From Patescibacteria group bacterium (GTDB lineage: Bacteria; Patescibacteriota; Patescibacteriia; 2-01-FULL-39-33), in assembly GCA_041650895.1 (NCBI GenBank), contig JBAZKF010000002.1:7967-71966 (forward strand): DNA of 64,000 nt, read 5' to 3'. Position 1 is the first letter of the stretch. Each line of letters starts with the position of its first letter. The notes beneath the pieces were generated by a model. That model was not told the DNA's origin. It searched no databases and saw only the letters and a list, made by a program, of their open reading frames with translations. Both the position numbers and the translations under genes were made by a program. Positions 1-9,642 of this stretch are shown here, in pieces.

Positions 1-1
1 G

Positions 2-1660
2 GTGGTCTCGCCCCTGTATTATAAACAATTATTTGATTTATTGACTTTGCCGGCGGAGAAAACTGATATTTTTCCCGGCATTGTTTGGGTTCTTGTTATT
101 ATTGCCGTTATTTCTTTGGTCCGTTGGTTATTGAAGCGAATTAATGTTTTTTCCGCCAATCATTTTGAGGCTAAGGTAATAACCGAGCTGAATAATTCTT
201 GCTTTGAATATCTGCATAGGAATTCCTTCAGTTATTTTAATAATAATTTCGTTGGTTCGTTGACTAAGAAAGTCAAATGGTTCGTCTCTTCTTATGAGAG
301 TATTGCTGACCGCATAATTTGGAGTTTTGCCCCTCTGGTCGTTATGCTTGTTTTTATCACTATTGTTTTATTCGGCGTTAATACTTGGTTGGGCATATTG
401 GTTATCGTCTGGTTGGTGGTTTTTCTGGCCATCAATTGGTTTTTTACTAAATTCAAACTCAAGTATGATATCAAGCGAGCGGAATTAGACACTAAGAGCA
501 CCGGCATCTTGGCTGATACCATTACCAATAACGCCAATGTTAAATTATTCAACGGCTATAAGCGCGAGGTCAAAGCTTATGCTCAAGCCAATGAAGAATT
601 GCGTCGGGCTAAGGTTTGGGCTTGGGATTTGGGCGCAGTATTTGATTCGGTTCAGGGGTTTTTAGTAAACGGCCTGCAAATCGGCATCTTGGCCTATGCT
701 GTTTACTTGTGGTACCATGGCGAATTCACTATTGGTGATTTTGTTTTGGTTCAGTCTTACTTTAATAGCATTACCGATCGTATTTGGGATTTCGGCAATA
801 ATATCAGGCGTATTTACGAAAATCTTTCCGATGCCGAGGAAATGACTATTGTTTTGGATACGCCTCATGAGATAGTGGATATTCCCAAAGCTAGAAAATT
901 GCAGGTTGACAAGGGGCAGATTATTTTTGATCATGTGTCTTTCGGTTATAGTGATGGCGCCGGAGTGCTTAAAGATTTTGATTTGCATATAGCGGCGCAT
1001 CAACGTCTGGCAGTGATTGGGCCGTCCGGCTCAGGCAAATCAACTATTGCCAAGCTGATTTTACGTATGCATGACATTAACGGCGGCGAGATTCTAATTG
1101 ATGGTCAAAATATTTTTCGCGTAATGCAGGAAAGCTTGTGGCAGAATGTCTCATTAGTGCCTCAAGAGCCCATGTTGTTCCATCGTTCGCTTATGGAAAA
1201 CATCCGCTATGGCCGGCCGGAAGCGACTGATGCCGAGGCGATAAAGGCGGCTAAGGCCGCGCATTGCCATGAATTTATCGCTAAAATGCCCCAAGGTTAT
1301 GAAACTTTAGTGGGGGAACGCGGGATTAAACTGTCCGGCGGTGAACGCCAGCGCGTTGCCATTGCCCGAGCCATCTTAAAAGATGCTCCAATTTTGGTAA
1401 TGGATGAAGCCACTTCCTCGCTGGATTCGGAATCGGAAATGTTTATCCAAGATGCTTTGAGTAAATTAATGAAGAATAAGACTGTGATTGTCATTGCGCA
1501 TCGCTTATCTACTATTCGTAAAATGGACAGGATTATTGTAATTGAAAATGGTCGGATCATTGAAGATGGCAGTCATGATGATTTATTAAAAAAATCCCAT
1601 GGGGTTTATGGCAAGCTGTGGGGCCTGCAAGCCGGCGGTTTCATCGGCGGTAACGATTAA
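2..1660 (+). CDS. ABC transporter, fused permease/ATP-binding protein (MsbA-like exporter), 5' end truncated by window edge
   Basis: Several TM helices followed by Walker A GPSGSGKST, ABC signature LSGGERQRVAIARA and Walker B ILVMDEATS; the ORF runs off the window start. Confidence 0.85.
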   Translation: MVSPLYYKQLFDLLTLPAEKTDIFPGIVWVLVIIAVISLVRWLLKRINVFSANHFEAKVITELNNSCFEYLHRNSFSYFNNNFVGSLTKKVKWFVSSYESIADRIIWSFAPLVVMLVFITIVLFGVNTWLGILVIVWLVVFLAINWFFTKFKLKYDIKRAELDTKSTGILADTITNNANVKLFNGYKREVKAYAQANEELRRAKVWAWDLGAVFDSVQGFLVNGLQIGILAYAVYLWYHGEFTIGDFVLVQSYFNSITDRIWDFGNNIRRIYENLSDAEEMTIVLDTPHEIVDIPKARKLQVDKGQIIFDHVSFGYSDGAGVLKDFDLHIAAHQRLAVIGPSGSGKSTIAKLILRMHDINGGEILIDGQNIFRVMQESLWQNVSLVPQEPMLFHRSLMENIRYGRPEATDAEAIKAAKAAHCHEFIAKMPQGYETLVGERGIKLSGGERQRVAIARAILKDAPILVMDEATSSLDSESEMFIQDALSKLMKNKTVIVIAHRLSTIRKMDRIIVIENGRIIEDGSHDDLLKKSHGVYGKLWGLQAGGFIGGND

Positions 1661-1695
1661 AGGCGTTATGACTAATTGAAATCATTATTTTTCAT

Positions 1696-1735
1696 CCCAT
1701 TCGCTGAATTGCGATTGGGATGTTTTTATTTTTAA
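1696..1735 (+). terminator. Rho-independent terminator after the ABC exporter
   Basis: CCCATTCGC-tgaatt-GCGATTGGG hairpin (9 bp stem, 1 mismatch) followed by a T-rich run tgtttttatttttaaat. Confidence 0.5.
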
Positions 1736-1773
1736 ATATTTTTTTGATTGATTTTGAGAAGCAAGTTGTTTTG

Positions 1774-1782
1774 TGTTATAAT
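1774..1782 (+). promoter_or_regulatory. Extended -10 element TGtTATAAT upstream of the P-type ATPase
   Basis: TGTTATAAT is seen 37 nt upstream of the ATG at 1819; the same extended -10 recurs at 4583, 18921 and on the minus strand at 31538. Confidence 0.35.
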
Positions 1783-1818
1783 ATAGGCAGACAATATTAT
1801 TACAAAACATTTTTTATC

Positions 1819-4572
1819 ATGAAGAGCAAGAACAAAAAATCTAAAACTGTTTTACAGCCGTCGACGAAAGTTGAAAAGGGGATTGATGGTTATTTAACTG
1901 ATGATAATTGGCATAATCTGGAAGCGAAGGCTTGTTTTAAGCTTTTGAATTCAGCTATTGACGGATTATCGGCTGAAGAGGCGCAAAAACGATTGGATCA
2001 GTTTGGCAAGAATGAGTTGAGTCGGGCCAAATCAGCTTCATCTTTGATGATTTTTTTGTCTCAATTTAAATCACCCTTGGTTTATATTTTACTTGTCGCT
2101 GTCGTTATTTCTGTTCTATTGCAAAAATGGCCCGATGCCGTAGTTATTGCGGTAGTAGTGGGTATCAATGCCTGGTTCGGCTGGTTTCAAGAAAATAAAG
2201 CCAATCGGGCGTTGGAAAAATTGCGAGCTATGGTTGTTTATTATGCTACGGTTTTTCGCGATGGACGGCCATTAGTGTTGCCAGCTACCGGGCTTGTCCC
2301 TGGTGATGTCGTCGCTTTAAAAAGCGGGGATAAAGTTCCGGCTGATTGCCGTCTACTGGAGATTTTTGATTTGCAGACCTCGGAAGCAACCTTAACCGGT
2401 GAATCGAATCCCGTAAGCAAAGAAATAAAAAAATTAAATCAGCAGACAACTCTGGCCGACAGAAAGAATATGGTTTATTTGGGTACGACTGTGGCGCGAG
2501 GCAAGGGGCTGGCTGTTGTTTGCGCTACCGGTGGTAGAACGGAGTTTGGGAAAATTGGTAAAATGCTAGAGGGGATCAAGGAAGAAAAGACATTGCTTTT
2601 TAAACAATTGGAGCAATTCAGTCGCTTATTAGCTTTGGCAGTCGTTGTTATCTGTTTGATTATATTGGTTATGGGATTGTTCAGGGGATACGGAATCGGG
2701 CAGATGCTTATTATTGCTGCCGCTCTTGCCGTCGCCGCCATTCCTGAGGGATTACTGATTTCTTTGACTATTGTTTCTGCTTTGGGTATGCAACGGATTT
2801 TACAGCACCATGCTTTAGTACGTCATTTGTCGGCCACAGAGACCCTGGGTCGTATCTCAGTGATTCTAACGGATAAGACCGGAACTCTAACCGAGGGACG
2901 CATGAAAGTAGCCCGTTTGCTTACAGCTGAAAGAGAGTTTTCTATTACACCGCTTCAAGAGTCGTTGGAGGGAGGGGATGAAGCTAAAGAACTGGCATTA
3001 TTAGCTAAAATTTCCCTATTATGCAGTTCTGCTCGGATTGTTAATCCGGAAGCCGCATTAGCCGAGTTACAGATTATAGCCGATCCCACTGAACAGGCAC
3101 TGGTTTTGTCCGGCTTGGCCGCCGGTTTCAATAAAGAGGAATTGGATAGCGAATATCCTAAAATGGCGGAAATACCCTTTGATTCTTCGCGTAAGTATAT
3201 GGCCACCTTGCATCGGCATAAAATTGACGGGCATAGTCATATCTTTGCTAAAGGTGCGCCGGAAAAGATTTTGCCTTTTTGCAACCGAGTCCTGATCGGC
3301 GGAGATAAACGGAAAATGTCTCCAGAGCAGACGAAACTTCTGAAGGTCAAAGTTGAAGAATTAGCCAAAGAAGGTTTACGTATCTTGGCTTTGGCCTATG
3401 ATACAGCCAATCATTTTAATCGGTTGGATGAAAAATTACATGATCTGGTTTTTGTCGGCTTTGTCGCTCTAAAAGATCCCCTGCGGGCAAATGCCGCTAA
3501 GGCTGTGATTGATTGTCGCAATGCCGGTATTAGGACGGTTATTGTAACTGGCGATCATAAAATTACAGCGCAGGCGATTTACGCTGAATTGGGATTGGGG
3601 CGAGGTCGGATTTTGACTGGTGAAGGAGTGGATAAATTGACTGAAGTGCAATTGATGCGGCAATTGCCGGAGATTGATGTTTATGCTCGGGTGGAGCCGC
3701 GGCATAAGTTACGCTTAGTTAACGCTTGGCGCAATTTTGGGAAGGTAGTGGCGATGACCGGCGATGGCATTAATGATGCGCCCGCCCTAAAAGCCGCTGA
3801 TGTGGGCATTGCTTTAGGTGGTGGCACTGACGTGGCCAAGGAAGCCGCTGATGTGGTTTTACTGAATAATGGTTTTGACGTGATAGTGGAAGCGATCAAG
3901 GAGGGGAGGAACATTTTTGATAATATAAAAAAAGTCACTCTATATCTTTTTTTAGGCAGTTTTTCAGAAATTATTTTGTTGGTCGGAGCTTTATTTTTAG
4001 GATTACCCTTACCGTTAATCGCCATACAAATGTTGTGGATTAATTTAATTGATCATGGCTTGCCTAACTTGACTTTGGCGGCTGAAGCCGGCAATGGCGA
4101 TGCGATGGCCTATCCTCCAGCCCCGCGAGAACAGCCGATTTTGGATAATAAAATGAAGTGGATGATTATTGTAGCGGCGTTGATGACTGATGTTTTACTT
4201 TTATTGATTTATATTGTTCTAGAGATGCAAGGAGCGCCCTTGGCTCATATCAGGACGATAATTTTGGCTACTTTGAGCGCTGACGCCCTGCTTTACGCTT
4301 TCAGTTTGCGCAGTTTGTATCAGCCGGTTTGGCGGCAAAATCCTTTGGGCAATCAACCGTTGTTTTGGAGCGTCGTCGTATCTTTTGTTCTGTTATTTGT
4401 TGTTATTTATACGCCGTTTTTTTCCAGTATCTTCGGATTAACCCCATTAGATCTTAATGATTGGCTGATAATTATGCCCTTAGCTGTCTTCAAGTTAATT
4501 ATGGTGGAGATTATGAAAGATTTATTATTTCACCGAGAACCAAATGGCAACATCATTAAGTTTGCGGCTTAG
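1819..4572 (+). CDS. P2-type cation-transporting ATPase (Ca2+/Mg2+ type)
   Basis: DKTGTLT phosphorylation motif, PEGL motif (IPEGLLISLT), TGDGINDAPAL hinge, 8-10 predicted TM helices; start taken at internal Met MKSKNKK because the 1720 ATG lies inside the upstream terminator. Confidence 0.9.
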   Translation: MKSKNKKSKTVLQPSTKVEKGIDGYLTDDNWHNLEAKACFKLLNSAIDGLSAEEAQKRLDQFGKNELSRAKSASSLMIFLSQFKSPLVYILLVAVVISVLLQKWPDAVVIAVVVGINAWFGWFQENKANRALEKLRAMVVYYATVFRDGRPLVLPATGLVPGDVVALKSGDKVPADCRLLEIFDLQTSEATLTGESNPVSKEIKKLNQQTTLADRKNMVYLGTTVARGKGLAVVCATGGRTEFGKIGKMLEGIKEEKTLLFKQLEQFSRLLALAVVVICLIILVMGLFRGYGIGQMLIIAAALAVAAIPEGLLISLTIVSALGMQRILQHHALVRHLSATETLGRISVILTDKTGTLTEGRMKVARLLTAEREFSITPLQESLEGGDEAKELALLAKISLLCSSARIVNPEAALAELQIIADPTEQALVLSGLAAGFNKEELDSEYPKMAEIPFDSSRKYMATLHRHKIDGHSHIFAKGAPEKILPFCNRVLIGGDKRKMSPEQTKLLKVKVEELAKEGLRILALAYDTANHFNRLDEKLHDLVFVGFVALKDPLRANAAKAVIDCRNAGIRTVIVTGDHKITAQAIYAELGLGRGRILTGEGVDKLTEVQLMRQLPEIDVYARVEPRHKLRLVNAWRNFGKVVAMTGDGINDAPALKAADVGIALGGGTDVAKEAADVVLLNNGFDVIVEAIKEGRNIFDNIKKVTLYLFLGSFSEIILLVGALFLGLPLPLIAIQMLWINLIDHGLPNLTLAAEAGNGDAMAYPPAPREQPILDNKMKWMIIVAALMTDVLLLLIYIVLEMQGAPLAHIRTIILATLSADALLYAFSLRSLYQPVWRQNPLGNQPLFWSVVVSFVLLFVVIYTPFFSSIFGLTPLDLNDWLIIMPLAVFKLIMVEIMKDLLFHREPNGNIIKFAA

Positions 4573-4595
4573 AAGAGCTTTATGTTATAATAACT

Positions 4596-5030
4596 ATGTC
4601 GTTAGAAAATTCTGAAGCAAAACAAAAATTGTTTTTTAGATTTTTGTCGATTGTCGGCATCGTTATTATTTTACTTTTAGTTGTTTCTTTAATTCGCGAG
4701 GTAATTAATCGGAATAAGATTTCTTCGCGGATTAGTGATTTACAAACTCAAACTGATGATTTGAGAAGGCAGAATGACGATTTGCAATATAGGATAGATA
4801 ATTGGAATTCCACCAGCGAGTTGGAAACCAGCGCTCGCATTCAGTTGGGATTAAAGAAAGCAGGGGAGAAAGCTTTTGTAGTCATGCGGCCGGAGAATCT
4901 TGGTGTTTCAACCACTTCAATCGAGGAAGTAGTTATCAGGGATAATCAGGATTTATTGGAGTTGGTTGAAAATTCCAGTCAAGTTAAAGAATCAAATCCG
5001 GAGAAATGGTGGAGATATTTTTTTAACTAA
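4596..5030 (+). CDS. ftsB: Septum formation initiator FtsB/DivIC-like protein
   Basis: Short N-terminus, one TM helix, coiled-coil segment (DLQTQTDDLRRQNDDLQYRID) and C-terminal ELETSARIQLGLKKAGEKAFVV typical of the FtsB/DivIC family. Confidence 0.6.
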   Translation: MSLENSEAKQKLFFRFLSIVGIVIILLLVVSLIREVINRNKISSRISDLQTQTDDLRRQNDDLQYRIDNWNSTSELETSARIQLGLKKAGEKAFVVMRPENLGVSTTSIEEVVIRDNQDLLELVENSSQVKESNPEKWWRYFFN

Positions 5031-5058
5031 TCTTAACAAATATTCTTTATAATATTAT

Positions 5059-6618
5059 ATGCCTAAAAAATCTAACCTTTCCCCGGCAAAAAAGGCGCAA
5101 CTGAAGCAAGAAATAATGACTGCTTTAGAACCCAAGACCAGCCGGGCATCCAGTGAAAAAAATCCCACATCGGAGTCGGCGCCGACCAAAGCATTTGTTC
5201 TGGGGTCAATTAAGCCTAAGCCGATTTACCAAGTTAAGAGCGGGTTAGCTCAAATTAAAGCGACAGCAAAGCCTGTCTCGCCGATTGGCAGTCAGCCGGC
5301 AATAACAGCAGAAAAGATCCTGGCAGGTCAAACAGCATCCGTAAAAGCCAAGCCACTGTCCAAGGCCAAAGCCCAGAACGTCGTAATCGCAAAAACAAAA
5401 ATCAAACCGGCCAAAATAAAGAGAAATCCAGCTAAGTCGATTAAGCGAAAATCAAAAATCAAGCCAATAAAGCCGGCAGAGCCGGTAAGTGCTGTTTCTG
5501 CCATAAAAACTCCGGCTATTGCAAAAATTGTTACCAAGCCGGAAAAACACGCTTTTTCTTTCGGACCGCGTGTCGCCCCCGATTTATCTTGGGCTAAACC
5601 GAAGAAAGAAGAATCGTTAGAAAGCTTATTTAAACGTCCAGTGTCGCGATCAATGCAACCGGCTAAGGAGAAAGCCTTCTCAGTCGGCAAGGATGCGAGG
5701 AAAAAATCCCATCGCTGGATCAAATTATTAGTTTTTTTCCTTTTAGCCGTTGTTCTAGTAACAATTATTGATTTAATCGGCATTTATCGTTTCGGTTTTA
5801 ATGATTCAGTCAGCGTCGAGGCGGCTAAAGTTTTGCATTTGCCGGCAGGCAATGTGGACGGTCAGATGATTTCCTTGAGTGATTATTACAGTGATGCCAA
5901 ACTGTTAGACGCCGCCTTAGCCCAGAAGCGTGAAGGTTTGGATGTGTCATTATGGACTCAAGAAAATGACAAGATCTTTTATCGTTTAGCAGTAGAAGAA
6001 TTAATGGCTAAGGAACTCAAACGTTATAACAAATCAATTACCGATAAGGAATTAAATGAGAATTTGGACGCTCTGATTGCCCAAGCCGGATCGCGTGAAC
6101 AGGCCGAATCCATGGTACAAAGTAACTGGAATCTCACCCTGGAGCAATTTAAGGATAAAATCCTTAAACCGGTGATGATGCGGGAGTATCTGCGTGAGGC
6201 CATAGTAGGCGACGAGTCTTTACCGATAAGCCAAACGGCCAAGCAAGAAGCGGAGCAGGTGTTGAAATTAGCTTTAACCACGACCACTGCCACTACTACT
6301 GATTTTGCCGCCTTAGCCAAACAATATACCGATGATGAAGCGGGAGTGAATACGGGCGGAGAATTTGGCTGGGTGGTCAGAGGCCAACTTGATCCTCAAT
6401 GGGAGGACGTTTTATTCGGCGTCGCCACTAATACGGTTTATAAGCAATTGGTTAAAAGCCGCTACGGCTATCATATAATTAAAATTGAAGGCAAACTGAT
6501 AGACAAGACGACCGGCAAGGAAAGTATCAATTTGCGTCATATTTTGATTGAAGTCAATGTTGACCAGTATATCAAGAGTTTATTAGATAAAGCCAAGGTC
6601 GTTAGATATATCAAATAA
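5059..6618 (+). CDS. PpiC/parvulin-type peptidyl-prolyl isomerase (PrsA/SurA-like) with Lys/Ala/Pro-rich N-terminal low-complexity region and central TM helix
   Basis: C-terminal parvulin signature GGEFGWVVRGQLDPQWEDVLF...YGYHIIKIEG; TM helix LLVFFLLAVVLVTIIDLIGIY; N-terminal ~180 aa rich in K/A/P repeats. Confidence 0.65.
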   Translation: MPKKSNLSPAKKAQLKQEIMTALEPKTSRASSEKNPTSESAPTKAFVLGSIKPKPIYQVKSGLAQIKATAKPVSPIGSQPAITAEKILAGQTASVKAKPLSKAKAQNVVIAKTKIKPAKIKRNPAKSIKRKSKIKPIKPAEPVSAVSAIKTPAIAKIVTKPEKHAFSFGPRVAPDLSWAKPKKEESLESLFKRPVSRSMQPAKEKAFSVGKDARKKSHRWIKLLVFFLLAVVLVTIIDLIGIYRFGFNDSVSVEAAKVLHLPAGNVDGQMISLSDYYSDAKLLDAALAQKREGLDVSLWTQENDKIFYRLAVEELMAKELKRYNKSITDKELNENLDALIAQAGSREQAESMVQSNWNLTLEQFKDKILKPVMMREYLREAIVGDESLPISQTAKQEAEQVLKLALTTTTATTTDFAALAKQYTDDEAGVNTGGEFGWVVRGQLDPQWEDVLFGVATNTVYKQLVKSRYGYHIIKIEGKLIDKTTGKESINLRHILIEVNVDQYIKSLLDKAKVVRYIK

Positions 6619-6640
6619 AAAAGAAACGCCCGATCAGGCG
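6616..6640 (-). terminator. Putative terminator downstream of the minus-strand tRNA pair
   Basis: On the minus strand a CGCC-tgatcg-GGCG hairpin is followed by tttcttttttatttga; the stem is short (4-6 bp). Confidence 0.3.
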
Positions 6641-6662
6641 AATCTTATTCAATCTTTATCTA

Positions 6663-6735
6663 AGCCAAGAGGGAGATTCGAACTCCCGACCCACGGTTTA
6701 CGATACCGTTGCTCTACCAACTGAGCTATCTTGGC
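6663..6735 (-). tRNA. tRNA-Thr (anticodon CGU)
   Basis: Reverse complement folds as a cloverleaf: acceptor GCCAAGA/TCTTGGC, D-arm GCTC-AGTTGGTA-GAGC, anticodon arm ACGGT-ATCGTAA-ACCGT (anticodon CGT), T-arm GGGAG-TTCGAAT-CTCCC; no encoded CCA. Confidence 0.8.
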
Positions 6736-6754
6736 AAATTTATTTTTTATTTTT

Positions 6755-6825
6755 AGCGGGTAACGAGAATCGAACTCGTGCCTCAACCTTGGGAAGGTCA
6801 CATTCTACCACTAAACCATACCCGC
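6755..6825 (-). tRNA. tRNA-Gly (anticodon CCC)
   Basis: Reverse complement GCGGGTA...TACCCGC acceptor, D-arm GTTT-AGTGGTA-GAAT, anticodon loop TTCCCAA (CCC), T-arm ACGAG-TTCGATT-CTCGT; resembles bacterial tRNA-Gly(CCC). Confidence 0.8.
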
Positions 6826-6867
6826 AATAACAATATTATTATAGCAAATTTACTTAAAAAATCAACT

Positions 6868-7695
6868 ATGGGAAAAATCGGAAATCATTGTTTTAGCCGG
6901 AGGGAAGGATTACTTTTTATTTTATTGATTGTCAGTTGCACCGTGTTTGGTTTAACCTGTCACTTTGCCCAAGCCGAGGATTTGACCGTAATTGATTTAA
7001 TACCGGCTGTCAGAAAAAGCAATTATATCGTTAAGTCGCCGGACGGCGTTTTGACTTTCCAGGTGGCTAAGGGCACTAGTACGGCGAGCGTCTCTTTTAA
7101 ACTATTATCTTTGGTTTCGCAAACAGCTATCGCTAGCTCGACTTACGTTTTGCCGGAAAAAACCGAAGCAGCGTCAGACATTTATTTTTTGGATATTTCC
7201 ACTTCCTCCGATTGGAGTTTTATACCGCGAGTAATAATGTCGTATCCGGGCGATAGCAACTTACGTAATATTTATTATTGGAATGATGCTGATAATCAAT
7301 TCAGGAAGCTTGATTCAATTAAAGATTTAAAGAAATATACGGCTACCGCCGATATTGCTTTTCCCGGCAAGTTGATTTTTGTTCTGCTTAAAGAAGTGGA
7401 ATCAGTCGGACGCGCTTCCTGGTACGTGCATCCCAAATATCGTCAGGAGTTGATGGCCGCTTCCACTCAGTTTTCTTGGGGCGCTAAGGTGCTCGTGACT
7501 AATTTAGCCAATGGCAAGCAGGTCGTAGTAACAATTAAGGATTGGGGGCCGGATCCGGCCGTTCATCCCGATCGGGTAATTGACTTGGGTAAAGAAGCTT
7601 TCAAGAAAATTGCTTCTACCAGAATGGGAGTTATTGATGTGAAGGTTGAACCGTACCAAAATCCGACTGCAACCGTAGCAGTCAATAAACAATAA
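6868..7695 (+). CDS. RlpA-like double-psi beta-barrel (DPBB) domain protein with signal/anchor
   Basis: C-terminal SWYVHPKYRQ...KVLVTNLANGKQVVVTIKDWGPDP...RVIDLGKEAF matches the RlpA/DPBB pattern; N-terminal hydrophobic segment; start chosen downstream of the tRNA overlap. Confidence 0.7.
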   Translation: MGKIGNHCFSRREGLLFILLIVSCTVFGLTCHFAQAEDLTVIDLIPAVRKSNYIVKSPDGVLTFQVAKGTSTASVSFKLLSLVSQTAIASSTYVLPEKTEAASDIYFLDISTSSDWSFIPRVIMSYPGDSNLRNIYYWNDADNQFRKLDSIKDLKKYTATADIAFPGKLIFVLLKEVESVGRASWYVHPKYRQELMAASTQFSWGAKVLVTNLANGKQVVVTIKDWGPDPAVHPDRVIDLGKEAFKKIASTRMGVIDVKVEPYQNPTATVAVNKQ

Positions 7696-7741
7696 TACGG
7701 TTTTGTCTTGTGTCGAAAACTGATAACCAAAATTAATTTCC

Positions 7742-8422
7742 ATGATCCATCTTGTAGACGTCTCAAAAAAATTTCCACCTACCACTGAAGCGCTCAAAAG
7801 TGCCAATATTCATATTGAACCAGGAGAATTTGTTTCTATTGTCGGTCAATCCGGCTCGGGCAAGACTACTATAGTCCGTCTGCTTATTGCCGAACTCCCG
7901 CCCGATAGCGGTCAGGTGGTAATCGGCGGTTGGGATATCACTAATATTAAAAAGCGCAATATATCGTCATTGCGTCGGCAAATCGGCGTGGTGTTTCAAG
8001 ATTTCAAGCTGTTACCCAAGAAAACTGTTTTTGAAAATGTGGCTTTCGCTTTGCAAGTCGCCGGCGCCACTAAGAGCCGTATTCAGACGGTGGTGCCGCA
8101 GGTTTTGTCCATTGTTGACCTGCAGGACAAATTGGCGCGTTATCCGTATGAATTATCCGGCGGAGAAAAACAACGCGTGGCTATCGCTCGCGCCTTGATC
8201 CATCGTCCCAAAGTGCTTTTAGCCGATGAACCGACAGGCAATCTGGACGCCCTAAATACCAAAGATATTATTGATCTGCTATTAAAAATCAATGAATTCG
8301 GCACCACGGTTGTGATGGTGACCCACAATAAAGAAATTGTTAATTCCCTTAAACGACGCGTTATTACTTTGGACGACGGCCTAGTGGTCGGAGATCAAAA
8401 AGTAGGGAAATACGTAATTTAA
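7742..8422 (+). CDS. ftsE: Cell division ATP-binding protein FtsE
   Basis: 226 aa ABC ATPase with Walker A GQSGSGKTT, signature LSGGEKQRVAIARAL and Walker B LLADEPTGNLD; immediately followed by an FtsX-like gene. Confidence 0.8.
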   Translation: MIHLVDVSKKFPPTTEALKSANIHIEPGEFVSIVGQSGSGKTTIVRLLIAELPPDSGQVVIGGWDITNIKKRNISSLRRQIGVVFQDFKLLPKKTVFENVAFALQVAGATKSRIQTVVPQVLSIVDLQDKLARYPYELSGGEKQRVAIARALIHRPKVLLADEPTGNLDALNTKDIIDLLLKINEFGTTVVMVTHNKEIVNSLKRRVITLDDGLVVGDQKVGKYVI

Positions 8423-8425
8423 TTT

Positions 8426-9343
8426 ATGTTTCTTCTGACTTTAAATCGCTCTATTCTCTTTGCTCTGCAATCTTTTTGGCGTAATATCTGGCTATCTTTA
8501 GCTACGGTTTTTGTTATCTTTTTGACTTTGATTTCGGTTAATTTGCTTTTGGTAGTTAATGTTATTTCCGACTCAGCCATCGTGGCAGTCAAAGATCGTA
8601 TTGATGTTTCGGTTTATTTTAGACCGGAGGTTAGGGAAAGCAAAGTCGCCGAAGTCAAATCTCATTTGGAGGGGTTGCCTCAGGTTAAAAGCATTATTTA
8701 TCGTTCGTCCGAAGATAATTTGGAGGCGTTTAAAGAAAAGCATGCCGGTGACGTCAAAATCCAAGAAACGCTTAAGGAGTTATCCACTAATCCCATGAGC
8801 GCCACCCTGGTAATCAAAGCCAAGGATCTCAAGGATTATCCGGAAATCCTGAAAGCGATTGATGACCCGTCTTTCGCTGGATTGATCGAGGAAAAAAATT
8901 ATGATGATAATCAATTGGTTATTTCGCGCATCAACGGCATCGCCGATACGGTGCGCCGCGCCGCTTATTTTGTTATCGGCATTTTTGCCCTTATTTCTAT
9001 TTTGATAATTTTTAATACGGTTCGCGTGGCCATTTTTACTCATCAGAACGAAATCGGCATTATGAAATTGGTTGGGGCTTCCAATTGGTTTATCCGTTCG
9101 CCCTTTGTCCTGGAGAGCGTTATTGCCGGAATTGTCGCAGTCTTTATTACTATAATCTTTTTCTACCCCTTACTATCAGTATTACAACCGTATGTTTCCA
9201 GTTTTTTTGTCGGCGCCACTTTTGATTTGACCGGTTATTTTAATACTTATTTTGTTTATATTTTCGGTACGGAATTGCTGGCCATAACCGCAGTAAATAT
9301 TATTTCTTCTTCAATCGCTATCGGTAAGTATTTAAACGTCTGA
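8426..9343 (+). CDS. ftsX: Cell division permease-like protein FtsX
   Basis: 305 aa; TM1, a large extracytoplasmic loop, then three C-terminal TM helices (FtsX topology); 4 nt downstream of ftsE. Confidence 0.75.
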   Translation: MFLLTLNRSILFALQSFWRNIWLSLATVFVIFLTLISVNLLLVVNVISDSAIVAVKDRIDVSVYFRPEVRESKVAEVKSHLEGLPQVKSIIYRSSEDNLEAFKEKHAGDVKIQETLKELSTNPMSATLVIKAKDLKDYPEILKAIDDPSFAGLIEEKNYDDNQLVISRINGIADTVRRAAYFVIGIFALISILIIFNTVRVAIFTHQNEIGIMKLVGASNWFIRSPFVLESVIAGIVAVFITIIFFYPLLSVLQPYVSSFFVGATFDLTGYFNTYFVYIFGTELLAITAVNIISSSIAIGKYLNV

Positions 9344-9368
9344 ATTCAGCCGAGGTTCAGTCGTATTG

Positions 9369-9397
9369 CTGTCGGAATTTTTCGACAGTTTTTTATT
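9369..9397 (+). terminator. Rho-independent terminator after ftsX
   Basis: CTGTCG-gaattttt-CGACAG hairpin followed by ttttttattt. Confidence 0.6.
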
Positions 9398-9425
9398 TGA
9401 CAGGCGGGATTTTTTATGTTAGGAT
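9397..9425 (+). promoter_or_regulatory. Sigma70-like promoter (TTGACA-N17-TAGGAT)
   Basis: Consensus -35 TTGACA at 9397-9402, 17-nt spacer, -10 TAGGAT at 9420-9425; sits between the ftsX terminator and a small ORF with a strong RBS. Confidence 0.45.
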
Positions 9426-9482
9426 GATTTGAACTGTACATTTATAGTTTTAAGGGTAACAATCGGAATAAGGAGAAAATCA

Positions 9483-9614
9483 ATGAGTTTGTATAAATGG
9501 TGGTCTAAGCTTATTGCCGCTTACAGTGGTAGCGGTCTTAGCTACGTACCGTGTATTGAGTCAGGCCGGCAAAGGCGGAGAGCGGCTAAGCGCCATAAGC
9601 ATGGGGATAGTTAA
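9483..9614 (+). CDS. Small hypothetical protein (43 aa, basic C-terminus)
   Basis: ATG preceded by AAGGAGAAAATCA (SD 8 nt upstream); MSLYKWWSKLIAAYSGSGLSYVPCIESGRQRRRAAKRHKHGDS; promoter-like element upstream. Confidence 0.35.
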   Translation: MSLYKWWSKLIAAYSGSGLSYVPCIESGRQRRRAAKRHKHGDS

Positions 9615-9642
9615 TATGTGGCCGGTAGTTTGTAAGCTGATT

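Noticed and set aside
1720-1818. ATG at 1720 as the start of the P-type ATPase (ORF track start)
   Set aside because: The first 33 codons lie inside the terminator hairpin and T-tract of the upstream gene and encode an implausible hydrophobic leader. The internal Met at 1819 (MKSKNKK) follows an extended -10 element and is the more plausible start.
6778-6867. Long N-terminal extension of the RlpA-like ORF (start at 6778)
   Set aside because: It overlaps tRNA-Gly on the opposite strand. The internal Met at 6868 gives a normal signal/anchor sequence.
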